Assembly (NCBI RefSeq): GCF_964213995.1
Contig: NW_027590213.1
Span: 434,001 to 498,000, forward strand
DNA length: 64,000 bases
From: Mustelus asterias
Taxonomy: Eukaryota
Reading direction: 5' to 3'
A program made the position numbers and the translations under genes. Numbering within the stretch: position 1 is the first letter of the stretch; each line of letters opens with the position of its first letter. The notes beneath the pieces were generated by a model. It saw only the letters and a program-made list of their open reading frames with translations. It made no database searches and was not told the origin of the DNA. This document shows, piece after piece, positions 61,521-64,000 of the stretch.

Positions 61521-63011
61521 GAAAGTAGAGAGAATGCATATTTATTGTTTAACATGGGAATGGAGGTGAATGTAATGCTGAGACCGGTAGCAATCTGTGT
61601 GGTTGTTCTTGATGCTGTCAGAGTGAGTTCACCCTCACAGACAGGAAGACTGTTCACGGTGATAACATCAAACTGACGCCGGCTGTTTCATTCTCAGGTA
61701 TCACAACTTCCTGTTTCTCTGCTGCCGGTTCCAAACCTCACATCTCACTTCTGAGCAGAAAATAAATCCAGGGACCACAATCTCGTGAGAACATCTGTCA
61801 ATGTGGCCTATATCTGTCCACAGAGTCGGGGCAGAGTCACACAGATCACATTGCGGTGACATTTACAAATGAGCCTATTATTTCTGTTCAGAGTTTCCAT
61901 TCCCAGATATAACCGGCTGTGTTTGTGGATCAGTCAGAGTTCGCTCTGATCCCCATAGCCGGGAACTGATAGCCTGCTCCTTTATATTTTATATCATTCT
62001 GTGTTGCTTGTTTCCTCTGTTTCTCAGCTTTTATCTTTGACAACCTCATCTTTCTGGTTTTAAAATCTCTCTCAATTTTTCTCTCAGTCTTTCCGTCTCT
62101 CTCTTCCTCTGTATCTTTCGCAGGCTCTGTGTGTTCCTATTTAATCGAGATGTTCAAAATCATGAAGGGTTTCTGATTGATTATAGAAGGAAAATCAGGG
62201 AGAAAAGCAGAAAACCTCGGCAGGTCCGGCGGCATCTGTTCAGAGAGAAACAGTTAACATTTTGAGCCCATATGATTCTTCAGTTCAGGAAAAACGTGGG
62301 TTTTTAGATCAGGGAATATGATGGGGAGATTTAATAGAGATGTTTAAAATGACAAATGATTTATGATAGTGTCAATGGAGGGGAACGGTTTCCCAGGAGC
62401 AGGAGGATCTGTCAATGGAGAGAATCTATTTCCCAGGAGCAGGAGGGTCTGTAAGCAGAGGACAAAGAGATTTAACATAATTGACAGCCTAACTTTAGGG
62501 CATGATAAGGAGATTGTTTTACACAATGATTTGATGTGATCTGGAATGCACAAACTGACAGGTGCTAGAAGCAGGTTTAATAGTAACTTTCAAAGGGAAT
62601 GGGATAAATACTTGCAGAAGGTAAATTGGCAGAGTTATGATGAATGGGATTAATTGGACAGTTCACTCGTCTTTGTGACATTCTGAATATTTCTATTTGA
62701 CTTTATGTGGAATTTGCACATTCTCTCCATGTCCACATGGAGAAGCAACGGGTTTTTATGACAATCCAGCAGCTTCATGGTGACTATTTCCTCCTGCTGG
62801 CCCCAGAAATTACCAGATTCATTCAGCTCAATTTGACAACCTGCCTTTGTGTTGTTGTGGGTTCTCTCTCACTCCCTTTTTTCTGTTTTAAATCAATTTC
62901 ACAGGGTTTTAGAAGGGGAGGATTTGCGGTCTGGTCTCAAACAAAACATCACATCAGGATCTGACGGAGTCACCCTTAATATCATAGCCTGAATATCACT
63001 GGACTTTGAAC

Positions 63012-63962
63012 ATGGAAGGAGAAAGCATTCGTCACAGTGGGGAGAAACCATACACGTGTTCTGTGTGTGGACGAGGCTTCAACCAATCATCTGATCTGTC
63101 AAAGCACGAATGCAGTCACAGCGGGGGGATGACTTGGAAATGTGAGGAATGTGCAGCAGTATTCAGCTCCTCAGCTGAGCTGGAAACTCACCAGTGTGCT
63201 CACACTGGGGAAAGACCAATCAGCTGCTCTGAGTGTGGGAAAGGATTCAGTCACTTATCCCAGCTAATGATACACCAGCGAGTTCACACTGGGGAGAGAC
63301 CATTCACCTGTTGAGTGTGGGAAGAAATTCACTCAGTCATCCAACTTACGGACACACCAGCGAGTTCACTCAGGGGAGAAACCATTTACCTGCTCCAGAT
63401 GTGGAAAGAAATTCCCTCATTTGTCTCATCTGCTGGCTCACCAGCAAGTTCACACTGACCAGAAACCTTTTAAATGTTCAGACTGCGGGAAATGTTTTAA
63501 AAGTTCCAGGGAACTGTTGTCCCATCAATGTGTTCACACTGATGAGAAACATTCAAGTGCTCTCACTGTGGGACTGGGTTCAGACATTCATCTCATCTCA
63601 CTGTACACCAGCGGGTTCACACTGGGGAGAGGCCGTTCACCTGCTCTGACTGTGGGAAGGGATTCACTCAGTTATCCAACCTGCTGACACACCAGCGAGG
63701 CCACACTGAAGAGAAACCGTTTACCTGTTCCCAATGTGGGAAGGGATTCACTCGATCATCTGACCTCCTGACACATCAGCTTGTTCACACTGGGGAGAGA
63801 CCGTTCACATGCTCCAAGTGTGGAAAGGGATTCACTACCTCATCGCACTTGCTGAGACACCAGCGAATTCACTCTGGCGAGAGGTGGTTCATCTGCTCCG
63901 AGTGTGGGAAGGGATTCACTCAGTCATCTGTCCTGCTGACCCACCAGCGAATTCATGAGTAA
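63012..63962 (+). pseudogene. Frameshifted C2H2 ZNF (ZNF-J), about 11 finger units
   Basis: [16 protein letters not shown] start; small deletions near 63312 (in-frame TGA) and 63551; final TAA 63960-63962. Confidence 0.8.
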
Positions 63963-64000
63963 CTACAATGATTAGATTTTGTGGTTAATCAAGTCAGGAA

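Noticed and set aside
63300-63560. Programmed compensating frameshifts in ZNF-J
   Set aside because: An in-frame TGA follows the first indel and no slippery site is seen; decay or sequencing error is simpler

Overview
Eukaryotic (vertebrate) genomic DNA, almost certainly from a shark: it carries HE1/V-SINE-type tRNA SINEs, CR1, L2, Penelope, Gypsy and Tx1 repeats. The window is a cluster of tandem C2H2 zinc-finger genes with no visible effector domain. Six ORFs are intact (10-14 fingers), two copies are frameshifted, two are decayed pseudogenes, and there is one 5' remnant. Most sit in head-to-head pairs around a reiterated CpG-rich promoter module (CCAAT, GC-box, RFX X-box, CRE, NRF1-like motifs). 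The most unusual signal is at 26.8-32.8 kb, where both first-exon ends of one bidirectional promoter carry retroposed insertions at the homologous position (AAAGAG|G[CG]CAACATCTG). One insertion is a tRNA-Cys copy fused to a 5'-truncated Tx1 LINE. The other is an array of an unassigned ~1.25 kb poly(A)-type element headed by ZNF exon-1 sequence, plus a tRNA-Gly copy ending in the same Tx1-like terminus. This suggests a target-specific Tx1 system aimed at ZNF first exons that also carries tRNA sequence (inference). Other points: an internal Kozak ATG within a finger linker, a CRE minisatellite, minimal hammerhead motifs in Penelope repeats, and a CR1 with an intact ORF2. Repeat boundaries were read by eye and are approximate.
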